From: Podarcis vaucheri
Taxonomy: Eukaryota
Assembly: GCA_965113315.1 (NCBI GenBank)
Contig: OZ220364.1
Reading direction: 5' to 3' (one strand)
DNA: 64,000 nt
Of this stretch, positions 13,081 through 25,504 are shown one piece after another. The stretch's first letter is position 1; each line of letters opens with the position of its first letter. Both the position numbers and the translations under genes were made by a program. Under the pieces are notes generated by a model. It did no database searches. It saw only the letters and a program-made list of their open reading frames with translations, and was not told the DNA's origin.

Positions 13081-13470
13081 GGTTGGCATGTACCTGTCTC
13101 CGGAGCCAATAGAGGGGTGCATCTTTGGTGGTTAAGTCAGACTTTTAGAAGATTGCAGTGCCTGCTGTGGATGTAGAGACCAATATGTTTTTGGGTTTTT
13201 TTTGCAGCTGGGGCAATTGAAGGCATCCGGTTGTGTTGCTGCAGATGCACTGTGGTGATTCTTCTCTCTGTGCTCCTCCCAGCCATCATTCCTCCTCTGA
13301 TTACTGCTATGGATACACAACCTGACTCTCTGTCTCCAGGCACTGCAGTCATCTCCAAGGGGTTCCCACACGAGAGGGTTGATGTTGCCAGCCTTCATGT
13401 CATGTGTGCAGACATTTTTTCTAACACAGAGTTGGTCTGCCAACAGCCCTGGTGCCTGAAGTCGTAGTGG
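13081..13470 (-). mobile_element. RTE-clade LINE 3' end (ORF C-terminus with C2H2-like finger and 3' UTR)
   Basis: Minus-strand peptides KNVCTHDMKAGNINPLVWEPLGDDCSAWRQ...FNCPSCKK and, after a frameshift, HIGLYIHSRHC. A homologous copy lies at 24613-24868. Confidence 0.8.
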
Positions 13471-13689
13471 GGGATCCAGGTTTGATTTTAGTTCCATTTT
13501 GAGTGTACATTCAAGTTTCCTACAAATTGACCATGGAAATGGCCCTGAGGATCACGTTTAGATTAATGTTCTTTATGTGGGGCTAGCTTTGAAGATAGTT
13601 TGGAAACTGCTACTAGTGCAGAATGCGTCCATGCGAATTCTGGCTGGCGTATCTGTATAGAATTGGATAGCACCGATTCTAAAGGATCA

Positions 13690-14100
13690 GCCCTGCTTGC
13701 CTCTCTGTTACTGGGCTTCAAGGTGTTGACGTTGATGTATAAATCCCTTAAAAACCTGGGACCAAGAAACTTGATTGATGGAGTGCCGCTCTCTATATCA
13801 GCCAGGCTGGGCTCTGAGATCAAGCATGCAAATACTTTAACTCTAACTGTCCTGCCAGCAGGTACAGGGACTTCTCAGTAGCAGCACCCAAACATGGAAC
13901 TCTCTCCCCTAGGAGTTTCAGATGGCCCCTTCATTCCAGCATCAAGTAAAGACATAGCTTTTTACCCAGGTCTTTGGAGGCAGTTAATTGTATTTCCATG
14001 TTGGTGCAGTGGTAGTTTTTTTAGTTGATTGTTTAGGATTGTATACTGAATTTTTTTATTATTAATATACGCTAAACAGCTCTGGGATCTTGATTTAATG
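13690..14100 (+). mobile_element. L2 LINE 3' fragment
   Basis: Peptide FKVLTLMYKSLKNLGP (L2 ORF2 C-terminal motif), followed by RAFS-type region and T-rich tail. Confidence 0.65.
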
Positions 14101-14503
14101 CAAAATACAGCTACCATGCCCCTTTTTATAGAGCTCATTAGAGCTTTATAACCATTTGATTTCCTCTAAATCGTCAAGACAAAGTAGTCAAAATTATGAT
14201 GATGCCATGCATTGAATTGAATCTTCAAGTCAGGGTGCTTTCAAGAAACCATTGTTAACATTAACTGTTTGTTGGTTCAAAAACCAGGACTCACTGTGGT
14301 TAAGCAAAACAAAAGGGAAAACTTCCAAACTTATTGTGGTTGCATGGAGGGAGAGGGGAAGTAGGTGAGCTGAAAGCCAGAGGTTTGCTGCTGCTGCTTC
14401 TTGTCATGCTAAACTGTAGTTTGGTATGCTGTCCAAACATAGCCAATAAGTAAAATCTTTGAGAGACCAAAAGATCATCTGTAGCAATGGTAAACTTCAA
14501 CTT

Positions 14504-14504
14504 C

Positions 14505-14535
<31 letters not shown>
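14504..14535. repeat. (CAGA)8 microsatellite
   Basis: Direct. Confidence 0.9.
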
Positions 14536-17500
14536 TATTCTTACTTCTAAACATAAACCTACCTCTCACATTTTTAAAGAAAAGAATGAGAGGCTGCTAA
14601 AAATACATCTTAAGTTGATTTAGAATTTTATTCATGGTGTTCATCTGTGGTTGAAAAGGGAAGCAACCTGAGGTCAAGTGATGTAGTGTTTCCATTTTCC
14701 ACATGAATCTCACTGTGTATGATAAAAGCACACTCAGTTATTTGGTAAGTCTAGAGGAATTTCTGACATAGTGCAGAGGTCGCTTTTCTGTCAATTTGAG
14801 TAGGCAGCATTTTTCTACTACTGGTTCCCACCTCCCATTTCCAGTATCTGCTACAAACCATGGCACTGTTTTGACACATGCATCCTAGAGTGCTGCAATC
14901 TGCATCGTATTACTGCACAGCACTGGAGCCTGTCCAGTGGGCAGAAAATTTCCTGAAGCCAAGAAGAACAGCAGTTGGTGCAGGTGTCTTAAGAACAGAA
15001 GCAACAATAAGGGGCAGTCCAGTCCACTTGGCAAGATGCCCAGGCAGGAATGCCAGCTGAGACTGTAAAGGGGCAAGATTGAAGAACCATGGGACCCATG
15101 GGGATATATTTGCAAAGTTCAATCCTTGAAGAAAATTGCCTTCTGTGATCATAAGACATCTTTGCTTTTCCTGCCGATACTGTTTGCCAAAAGGTTTAGA
15201 AGCATTTATCAAATAACAGTGGATGAACTAAAATAGGATAAAATCTCTCTCTCCCTTTTTTGTTTTTACAAATTCAAACTGATCCTGTGAAGTTTATTGC
15301 CACTTTTTAAGCAGGACAGTAGATTGATAAGAAGGCAGAATTTGCAACTGTGTGTGTAGTGTGTAGACTGCTTTACTAACAGCTGGTCCCCATTAGTGGT
15401 TGACAAAATTTACAAAAATATTCCAGGACACTGGCTAGCATATATCCACAACAATGTTTGTGCATGGAGCATTTGCACACTGGCCTTCCACCAGTGTACA
15501 GCCACACTGTACAGTATACACTGGCATCTCTGAAAGACTGGAGACAAGATGCCAAATCTGTAGAATATGCTAGAACACTGATGCTCCCAGGTTTTGCATT
15601 TGAACAGGGCTAGTACTGGTTTGGGTTACCACCATGCCACGCTGTAATGTATCCTTTCCTTTGTCTTCTTCATGATGCAGAGCAACCATAATCAGCTGGC
15701 AAGTGGGGACGGGCAGAACTACTGCTTATTCCAGCTATTCTGTTATTGCGGCCATCTATGTAATGAGAACTGCCTAGAAGCTGCTCTGGTGCTTTTTTCC
15801 CTGTCCCCACTTCCCAAGAATAGACCTAAAGCCAGACTGGAGTTTTTAATCGTGTCAGGCTATGAGATCAGAGATGGGAGTCCCCCATCAGGCCTACTGG
15901 GGAATATTTGTGAAAAGTGGGATTCCAGGCAATCCTTCAGGTCTTCTTCCAGCTGTAGAGATAGGCATATGGATAGTGTGATTTTTATGTACATAACCAG
16001 TGTAGTTACGGTAGTTGTGTTGTGAAGTCATACCTAGTAACTGATTTTGTGTTGCTTAGATTTTGTTACTTAGCCGTGATATCATGGATAAAATATTATA
16101 AACATAACGTGGCTATAGCATGCTTGTGTTAAAAAAGATCAGGAACTTTTATTAAGTTTGTTTTCCTTGTCATATTGTAAAAATTTATTATGTGTACTGT
16201 GTATATTAGAAACAGATTTGGGCAATTCTGTCTAAATGAAGTCATCCTGGTTATTTCCAGACTGTCTGTTTTTGGTTGTGAATAATTTTCATACATCAGA
16301 TGGCTGTCATTTTTAGAAGTTCTCCATATTTTTAAATAGGACATTTCCCATTTTAAACTTTTGTGGAATGTATCAGCCTTATAGTCTTAAGATATATTTT
16401 GTTTTTGTGACTCTTCTAATCATCTCCATATCAGAGGATAGTGGATTAAAGTATAATGAAGTAAATATAAGTTTAAGTACTAAAGAAGCAAGGCCATCCC
16501 TGTCTTTTCATTTCAGACATAAGCAACCACAAGCATTTGATTTAAGGCTACAATCCTCATCACAGTTACTGTGCAGTCAAAGCCACTGAACTCAGCATGT
16601 AAACATGCTTAAAGTTGTGTTGTGTGCGTTATCAGTATGGTATCACTTGAAACTTTTAGTTGCATAGGATGAAGAATATTTATCTCTTGCTTTTTGACAA
16701 GATAAAATACATATATAGTTTAACTAAAATGCAGTATGTGCATTACTGTGCATTTATTTGTGACAAACAGAGTAATCCAAAAACCCTTAGCACCTGGCTG
16801 GGTTGGATCAGGTGGAAGTGCTCCTGCTCCCGGTTCTCCTGGCTGAGCCTGCCTCTTGCCAGTATCTACACCAGAAGGAGCCAGCAGGGAGCTCTGAAAT
16901 GGGGCCAGTGTGATACCCTCTGGATCCCAAGCTGGGTTCAATACTGTTCTGTGATGGATGGCAATGAGCCCAGTTGTCCTGCCTCCCCCACCATAATAGG
17001 AAACCTCTGCTCCAGGCAGTATACTGGTAAATGCCTTTGTTTGTAGATCCAATTTTGCTCTTCTCCTTTTCTCAAATAGTACATGTGCTCACTTTTCAAT
17101 AATAATCACCTGCAATGACCCTAGGGTCCAGCAGTGACTGAGATAGTCCTGGCTCTGAATTTGATGTGGTGACCAGGGGACCAAGGAGCCTGGGCATGGC
17201 AGGCTGGAGCCCATTAAACTAGTTGTGACAGCCCTGGGGCCTGTAGGCAGGAGGCCATGGAGCACAAGTTCCTCATCTTCAGGCCCAAGGGTTGGCCCTT
17301 GAAGGGACTAATTCTTCATAAGAGGGAGGAGCCCTGAGAGAGGGACTGGAGGAAGAGGCCCAAAAGGCCTGAGTTCACTTCCAACCCATGTTGAAGAAGT
17401 TGCTCTCCATGGTGCTGCAATCAGCAACCTTCCTCACTGTTTCGGCTCTTCCGCGTGGCTAGAACAGGGTGACTAGAACAGGGCAGTGCCAACATTCAGT

Positions 17501-17986
17501 GGAAGTTCTGATGTGGTCAACGATGTCATGCCTTAATTTGCTCCTGTAAAATATCAGCATACACACTGAATCCTGCTAATATAATGCACTCCTGTATACC
17601 CAATGTTATTTTGTTTTTGAAGGATAAAAACACTCTTGTGGGGTTGGCCTTCATCAGGAACAACCACTTCCAGAAAAAAATGACTTGGGCATGGAGTGTG
17701 TCTAAGTGATTGCACCAACCCACTTGTTTCTTAATAAAAAGTTTTCATACTTTAATGTAAACAGCACTTTTCAAATTTTGTTAAGAATATATTTTAGTTT
17801 TTAATAAATATTCCAAGACTGTATTTCTATAAAGTACAGAGACTGCTAAATCCAAGTTTGTTTCTTCAAAATGTATTATTATTCATTCTACTTCTATACC
17901 ACTTTATATTATTAAGAAAAAACCCCTCAAAGTGGCTTGAAGCACATTATAGCATCAAATAAAACAATCCAGAATAAACTTAATTA

Positions 17987-18189
17987 CAGTGGAACCTCAG
18001 GTTACAATACCCTCAGGTAATGTGAACTCCGGGTTGCAAAAGCTGCAAACCTGGAAGTGTTTTGCCACTCGCGCATGCGCCGAAGTGGTCTACCGCTGCA
18101 TGTGCAAAAGCAGTCTCTCCGGTTGCGAAAACTTCGGGATGCGGCCAGACCTCTGGAACGGATCCCGTTTGCAACCGGAAGCCCCACTG
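17987..18189. mobile_element. Tigger/pogo-like Tc1-mariner MITE
   Basis: TA|cagtggaacctcaggttac...ttgcaaccggaagccccactg|TA. Confidence 0.8.
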
Positions 18190-19419
18190 TATTATCTTAA
18201 AGATATCAAAATGAAACATTACAAAGGTGGTCAACTACAGAGTGAATATTTAACACGGCAAAGTGTGTACACACACACACATATATCATTTCAAAATAAA
18301 TATTACTAAAGGAAGTCAAATACAAAATGCACATTTAAAACAGCATAATTAGAGAATAAAATATTATCATTAGCCTAGAACATATCTGCTGCTGTTGCTG
18401 CCGATCTTGCCAGTGGTGGTTCATGGTAGGTGGCAGCTGTGGAAGCTCAGGCTCGATGACCTGAGTCTGCACTGAGAGGCAGCCAAGATGGTCTTTAGCC
18501 TCCTCAGGAGCCTCAGCTTCTGTAACTGGAGTCAGTCTGGGCCCTGCCTTCTGAGGCCAGGTGGGGAAAGGCCTGCAAGGCAGGGGGCAGGACTCACAGG
18601 ACTCACTGCCACTTCCCACCTCCTCTCATATTCAAGTGTGCATCTGTCTGTCCAGCTACCTACCTACCTACTTTACACTCATAGGTGTGAATTTGTACAT
18701 ATACATTTCAATTTTATTTTATTTTTGAGGCATTTGTCCCTAATATCAGAGGACAAACTCTCATTGATATATGGAGCATTTGCGCTCTTTTGAAATAAAG
18801 CACAAGCCTAATCCCCCCCCCCAAAAAAATAACATATACATAATTGAAATCTACATTGTGGCCCTTGTGTGAACCATGGAGAGTGAACACAGTAAAGATT
18901 CATGGGGCTCATAAGAAATCTGCAGTGATGATCAGAGAGTAGAATTTTTTTGCCCTGAACCATGAACTTTGCCATAAATGCTTGAGTTACGGCCATTTGT
19001 AAGAAAAGAATTTTACCAGAGAAATTGTTTGAGCTGGAGACAGCAGCTGTTTGCCTCATGTGTTTAAACCTCCAGAGCTAATATTGAAGTCACAGGGCAG
19101 CAAGTGCTTTGCAGCATAGTGAGTGAAATTAACACCAAGAGAAACAATTAAAAATGTCATTTGGGAAAGTGGCCTTAGAACCTGACAGTTTTATGGCTGT
19201 TGTCAGGTTGACTAAAAAAATAAAATAAATAAAATTCACCCACTGGGATAATGGGGGAAAACACGCCAGTATGTTTTTACATTTGTTGGTGCTTGCTTGC
19301 ATCAGAGCCTGTTTATTTTGGGTGTAGCATTTATGGCACACAAATCCCAAAACACTACAAGTTAGAAGATATAACCCTTCAGCATAGTAAGAAAAAAATA
19401 TTTGTAGGGTACTACTGTT

Positions 19420-20795
19420 CCATCTCAGGGTTGTTGGCTTTTGGAGTGCAACAGAGTTCTGGCCAGTCTCCCCTGCTTTTTAACATTTGTGTGAAACTGC
19501 TTGGAGAGGTAAGCCAAGGGTTTGGGCTACGCAGGGGTCAGCAAACCTTTTCAGCAGGTCCACTGTCCCCCAGACCTTGTGGGGGGCCGGACTATTTTTT
19601 TTTGGGGGGGGGGAATGAACAAATTCCTATGCCCCACAAATAACCCAGAGATGCATTTTAAATAAAAGCACACATTCTACTCATGAAAAAACACCAGGCA
19701 GGCCCCACAAATAACCCAGAGATGTATTTTAAATAAAAGGGCACATTCTACTCATGTAAAAACACGCTAATTCCTGGACTGTCCGCGGGCCAGATTTAGA
19801 AGGCGATTGAGCCGGATCTGGCCCCTGGGCCTTAGTTTGCCTACCCATGGGCTAAAGTGTCACTAGTATGCATCTGTTAATGCTAGGGAGGCAATGGAAA
19901 CCTTGAACAGGTGGCTGGAGGCAGTTCTGAGATGCATGAGACAGAAAAACAACAACCCTTGAATATTAATCCATGTAAAACAGAAGAACTGTTTTTGGGA
20001 AGACCACTTATCTGGATGAAGGATTGCAGACAGCTTTGGATGGGATGATACTTGCCTTGAAGAATCAGATATTTGGTTGCGGTGGGGAGGGTACTCCTGG
20101 ATCCATTGTTATCTGTGACGGCTCAAGTGCCTACAGTGGCTATCTGTGAGTGCCTTTACTACCTTTGGGTTGTTCACTAATCACAACTGTGTCTGGAGAA
20201 AGAGGACTCAGCATCAGTTGTACGCACATAGGTTATAATATATCCAGGCTAGGCTAAGGATCTTTGCATAAGGCTGCCTTTAAAGGTAGTCTGGAAACTT
20301 CACCTTTTGCAAAATTCAGTGACCCAAATGATTGTGAGGGGTTATGTATCATAACTCCCTTTCAACAGCTGTGTCATTTACCCATTCATTTCTCGCTTCA
20401 GTTTAAAGTGGTAGTTTTAACTTTTAAATCCCTAAATGGTTTGGGGCTGGGCTAATTGAAGGACCACCTACATCCTCACGACCCTGGATCAGAGACCCTG
20501 TTTTTGGGTTTCCAGGGCAGGGCCTTTCTATTGGCACCCCCACAATTGTGGAATTTTCTCCTCCCATCCCGAGAAGTCCCCTTGACAACCTCTCTTGCGG
20601 CTTTTAATCTGTCTTTATGGACCTTTTTATTATGTAAAGCTCTTTATTCACTTTATCGCTTGTCCCCTATCTATTTTTTACTGTGGGAGGTTATTATAAT
20701 AATATTCAAGTACTTTTATTTCAGCTTGTTTACTGTATGCCATCTTGTGAAGACTTGCCCTAAAAGGTGGGGTAGAAATATATTAAACAAATAAT
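19420..20795 (+). mobile_element. Decayed L2 LINE (RT to 3' end), interrupted by a hAT element
   Basis: Peptides GVQQSSGQSPLLFNICVKLLGEVSQGFGL (RT GVPQGS..SP.LFN motif), LPIHFSLQFKVVVLTFKSLNGLG and RAFLLAPPQLWN; tail ggtagaaatatattaaacaaataa. Confidence 0.82.
19532..19849. mobile_element. Non-autonomous hAT element nested in L2, with an internal ~71-bp tandem duplication
   Basis: Ends caggggtcagcaaac...gtttgcctacccatg; imperfect TSD with core ggcta; gccccacaaataacccagagatg..ttttaaataaaag occurs twice (19631 and 19702). Confidence 0.8.
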
Positions 20796-21399
20796 GAGTC
20801 AGAGTGCGAGGGCATAGGGTATTTGGGGCACACCTGCATAATTCTTATTTCATTCTAAAGGTGCAATTGCTGTAGAATAAATAAGAAATTTGTTGGGGGT
20901 ACTATGGCAGTGTCTTCTGTTATTCATATATTTCCAAAATCCTTATCAGCTCTGTAAGTCATTCAGATCAGTTTTAACCCTGAAAGGAAGTTATTCAGAG
21001 CTTGAATGCACTTCTAGATCTCTAGTGAAGTAGGGGGTTGCCTCATCACTTCGGCATCAGAGCATAATATTGGGAATAGGTGAAATAGCATGTGATGAGT
21101 GGATTTGTTCCTTGTGATTCTATCATGCACCTGGCAAGGCTTGAAATTTATGTATGCTTGAACTTTAGTGGTGAGATACCTACCTGTAGATTGATCATTT
21201 GTTTGTCCTCCACCACCTTGCAAAGTACATTTTCCCAGACATTTGGATCTTCTTGTGGCTTGATTTTTGGCCAGTTCTCAGTGTTTGTATTTATGTTGGA
21301 TAGGGAAGGATATTCTCCTTGTTACTGATTACTAGTAGAGGAATGCTTTTAGTATGGTGCTTTTTTCCCCTCAGCAGGTGCTAAATGTAAACTAGTGAT

Positions 21400-21560
21400 A
21401 AAAACAGAAGAACAGCCAGCTGGATCAGGCCAGTGGCCCATCTAGGCCAGCATCCTGTTCCCACAGTGGCCAACCAGGTGCCCAGGGGGAACCTGCAAGC
21501 ACATGAGCTCTCTCGTCTCCTGTGGTTTCCAGCAACTGCTATTCAGAAGCTTTACTGCCT
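21400..21560 (-). mobile_element. CR1 LINE 3' end
   Basis: gctggatcaggccagtggcccatctaggccagcatcctgttcccacagtggccaaccag is a typical squamate CR1 3' terminus. Confidence 0.7.
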
Positions 21561-21818
21561 GAGAGCCAGTGTGGTGTAGTGGTTAAGAGCGGTAGTCTTG
21601 TAATCTGGGGAACCGGGTTTGCGTCTCCGCTCCTCCACATGCAGCTGCTGGCTGACCTTGGGCCAGTCACACTTCTTTGAAGTCTCTCAGCCCCACTCAC
21701 CTCACAGAGTGTTTGTTGTGGGGGAGGAAGGGAAAGGAGAATGTAGCCACTTTGAGACTGCTTAAAGGGAGCGAAAGGCGGGATATCAAATCCAAACTCT
21801 TCTTCTTCTTCTTCTTTT
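21561..21818 (+). mobile_element. tRNA-derived SINE, Squam3-type, with (CTT)n tail
   Basis: Head gagagccagtgtggtgtagtggttaagag (A box) and B-box-like gggtttgcgtctcc; body tgaccttgggccagtcac; tail (ctt)n. Confidence 0.85.
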
Positions 21819-22119
21819 TGTATTCTAAAGGGGTTGGTAGCCTCCTTGACACTTTTTCCTGTAAAAAGCAATGCATTTTATCTAAACAAATAAATAAATC
21901 TGGGTGCAAGACCCCCGCCCCCTGCATTAATCCCTACTAGAAAAAGATTTACTAGATGAGGTGAAGAAAATGGTTGGATGATTGAGGTCAAAGTAAAGAG
22001 TGTTGACCTCCTATCTTGAGAGACAATGGAGTGTGTCTCTGGGGGTGATGTCAAGCCACTGGGTTAGCAGCACCGAAGTAACATCCCCAGGTCAAGCCTG
22101 GGCAGTGTGTTTGAAGGTT

Positions 22120-22200
22120 GCCTGCTTGTTTCCTGCTTGGCAGGGGGTTGGACTCGATGGCCCTTGTGGTCTCTTCCAACTCTATGATTCTATGATTCTA
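22120..22200 (+). mobile_element. 5'-truncated CR1 tail
   Basis: ttcctgcttggcagggggttggactcgatggcccttgtggtctcttccaactctatgattctatgattcta (CR1 octamer-repeat terminus), flanked by an aggtt duplication. Confidence 0.85.
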
Positions 22201-22355
22201 AGGTTCTGGGCTGCCCAGACGGCATGATCTCCTTCTTAGTCTTGCTGATGTAGTCCAAAGGATTTGTGTAGGGTTTACTCCTTAGGCTTTCCTTCTCCCG
22301 AAAATATCCCACAATGGAGTGGAGGTTTGGGATCAGAATTTTCCTTCTCCTAGAT

Positions 22356-22821
22356 CAGGGGTCCTCAAACTACTATCCGAGATCCAGAGCCGGCCTGCCA
22401 GGGTCCTGAACCCGGGCCACCCACAAGGCCTGAGGCTTGGAAGCAGCTGGGCGGGAAGAGCCCTGAGGTAAAAGCGCATGCGGGTAACAAAGCCCTGGTA
22501 ATGCAGTTGCTACCCCTGGCGCCAGCTGCTTGATAACTGTGCGCTGCCCCTTTAAGCCGCCAGAGCGATGGATGGCGGCGAATGAATCCCTTCCATGACT
22601 GCCCTTCCTCTCCTCCCTTCCCCTCAGGCCGGCTCTGTTCTCATTGGAGCAGCGCCTCACCAGCCAGTTGCCTCTATGCTAAGGTTACCAGATTTTTTTC
22701 AATGAATCTGGGGACACTTTTCAACTTCAATGGATTTTTCTGGCACCTCTCTAGTCCAGCCCCCAACAGTGTCTGAGGGACAGTGAACTGGCCCCCTTTT
22801 TAAAAAGTTTGAGGACCCCTA
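22356..22821. mobile_element. Non-autonomous hAT-Charlie element, OposCharlie1(OC1)-like ends
   Basis: Perfect 8-bp TSD tcctagat (22348-22355 and 22822-22829); TIR caggggtcctcaaact...agtttgaggaccccta. Confidence 0.88.
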
Positions 22822-22909
22822 TCCTAGATGGCCTACCTTCCCAGGCTGACAAGCCCCATCTGCCTCTCACTTCCTACTACAGCACATGCTGAAACCCCCT
22901 TCTTGACTA

Positions 22910-23091
22910 CAGGCAACAACTTATTTAGGCGTGTCCAAAGGTTGTGCGATTGTGCTCTCGCACACAAGGTACCAAATTCAGAAGAAGCCCCAAAATGTTT
23001 TAAAGACGTCACAAAAAGGGGTGGGGCACAGCGGGCTCTGCTGACGTGTGCAGGGGTCAAAAATGTAACCGCACAGAATGAGGATTGCCTG
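22910..23091. mobile_element. Tc1/mariner-type MITE
   Basis: TA|caggcaa...ttgcctg|TA, with imperfect longer TIRs. Confidence 0.7.
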
Positions 23092-24612
23092 TACTTGTTG
23101 GTCTTGTCCATTCAATCCGTTGGAGCCTGCCTTTGCCTGCAGGGGAAGTCCCTAACTCACAGAGGGTTTGGGACCCATCAGCTAACCTTCACCTGGTTTA
23201 GCCGGCCAGTCAAAGCTGTTCCCAGGGTGTGGTTGCTGTCACATGTTGACAGCTTCTAAAGAGCCACAGGTGAGAGCTGAGTGCAGGGTGGCTTCAAATG
23301 TTGGGATATGTTGAGAGCAATGAGGATACTGGAAATTCAAATGCCCCATGCCATCCTCTAATGCCCAAAAGGAATCCTCTAGCATCGTGTCTCTACGGTG
23401 AGATGTATACACACCAGAGGTATAGCTTGTGCATCTCAGATTAGTAGAGATGTGCTGGACATTAAGATGTGTGAATGAGGAACCAAGACCCGTTTAGGCT
23501 CACTGTTTTCTCAGGTGAACAAATGTCCAAAAGCAAGTGTAATGGTTAACTTCTATCTAAACCTTGCATGTGTCTTTAAGTAGTAACGCTTGCTGTTGTG
23601 GGCTTTAGGAAAAAAGAGGAGGTAGCAAATTCACACATAAAAGCAGCCAAAATAAATACCTGAAATTAGTCTCTGAATCCTGTTATTAAAAAGAACCTCT
23701 TTGTTGACAACATGCTATTCCTTTGATTATTTTTATTGTTAATTGATGAAGCAAAAGTTATTTCAAAGCAACTCTAGCACAAGGTGGCCTATCTAGCATT
23801 CCTTTAATGTATCACTGGCTGTGCTCAGTCTTAATGCTCAACATCTAATAAGGAGTCGCCAGCCTAATTTTTTTAATGCAATTTACCAATTGGGGTCCTA
23901 CAAAAGGCAGATTATATTTTATGGCTTATGAACAGCAGGGCAGATATTTCAGAAAATCTGCAGATAGCAGTAATTTTGAGGAAAGTGCACAAATGAATTT
24001 GAAAACAAAATATTTCGCTGCCTACACAGCTGCATTCACAGTCCCAGGTCCGCAGTCCTGTATGTGTGATGCTTACACCTGATTATATAGAAAGTAATAA
24101 TGCCTAAATGAAGAAAATGGAAATTAAATTCAAAAGCAGAATTAATTCTCTCTGTGAAAAACCTATATTACCAACAGGGGTGTTGGCATCAGGAATGGAC
24201 AAGCCAGTTCAGGTGGGAAATAATAAGCAGCCTGAACATTCATTTCTACTCTGATCCAAACCTGAACCAACAATCATTTTATGCTTTCATAATAAGCCTC
24301 CCTGGCACCCGTCATTGAGGGATTCTCAAATACCTTGCACGCATTGACTTGGAAATATTTGCATTTAAGTAAGAGATGCATAGAAATCACTTTACCTTCC
24401 TGTGAAGAAATTCATTGGCTGCTTGGTGCCACTATTTTTTAAGATAGGAAGGTTCTAAATATGAATATGGATTGCAGAAAATATGCAGCCAGCTGATCCA
24501 AGCCACTGTCCATAAAAGTGTGACCCCAGCTTTTCCATTTAAAATAGAGGGGGGAAGAAGTGGCTCTATAAGTTTTTTGAAAGACTTATGTTGTCTCTAG
24601 TCTCCTATTACC

Positions 24613-24868
24613 TGTTGTTGGCATCCATCTGTCTCAGGAGACAACCGAATAGTGTTCCTTTGGGGGTGAAGTCAAACAGTTGGAGAGTTACAATGACTGC
24701 TGGGACTGAGACCAACATGGGAGAGATGTATTATTGCAACTGGGGCAGATGGAGATGACCAGCTGCTCTGCTGCAGGTGTACCATGGCTTTCCTTCTCTC
24801 TGCGCTGCTCTCATCAGTCATCCCTCCTCTGGTCACTGCTGTGGATGCACGACCTGGCTGATTGTCCC
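24613..24868 (-). mobile_element. RTE-clade LINE 3' end
   Basis: Homologous to 13081-13340 (tgttggcatccatctgtctcaggagacaa...gggggtgaagtcaaac...gcaactggggcagatg...cactgctgtggatgcacgacctg). Confidence 0.75.
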
Positions 24869-25379
24869 TGTAGAAAATGAATAATTAAATCATCAGCCAG
24901 TAAGTTTTTGTTTCTCTGTAGTTATTGGTGTCCAGTGTACGTAAACGTCAATATTTCAGGTTAGAATGAAAAACTAGCATGATAAAACTGAGATAACACA
25001 TAATTCCTTCCAGTGTTCATTCCAAGCTGTACACTTGAATTATTTACTACTGCTTAGTTGTCACAGCTTCTAGCTGGCACTTTGTGAGAGCTTGAGAAGT
25101 GGATGAGGACTTGTTAGTGGGTTAGGGGCTTGTGTGATTACTATTATCCTCTTTTAGGGCCTGCACTACTTGTGAAGCCAAACACAACCCAGCATCCAAG
25201 TGGGGCATGATAAACCTCTTTTTACTGCCTTCCTGAGAATGCAAAAAAAATGGAGGTGGGGATGGACTAGTCACCATGCATGTCTGGGCCATGTTTCCAT
25301 TGTGCAGCCCTGCTCTAGTGGGAAGCTTTTCCAGTAGGCTGCATTGAGCAGCAAACAGGAGATGAACATAGAGCAAGAG

Positions 25380-25504
25380 TGGGAAGCCTGTGGCCATAAG
25401 AGCTGAGCCACACCCACAACTCCCATCACCCCTATCCACTGGCCATTCTGGATGAGAGATGGAGTACAACAGCACTTGGAAGGCCAACAGGCTTCCCAGC
25501 CCTG
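25380..25504. mobile_element. Decayed copy of the palindromic hAT MITE family
   Basis: gggaagcctgtggcc...acaactcccatcacc...ggccaacaggcttccc. Confidence 0.5.

Larger units (their letters stand above)
21999..23291 (-). mobile_element. Non-autonomous RTE-derived element hosting three nested insertions
   Basis: Its left end (gagagacaatggagtgtgtctctgggggtgatgtcaa) is homologous to the RTE 3' ends at 13081 and 24613. The sequence reads continuously across the TSDs of the inserts. Confidence 0.65.

Noticed and set aside
19631-19765. Direct repeats as a CRISPR-like array
   Set aside because: Two-unit tandem duplication within a hAT element in a vertebrate intron; no spacers.
21561-21640. tRNA genes (also 36000-36065, 53940-54000, 60430-60490)
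   Set aside because: These are tRNA-derived SINE heads continuing into SINE bodies, with no intact cloverleaf.
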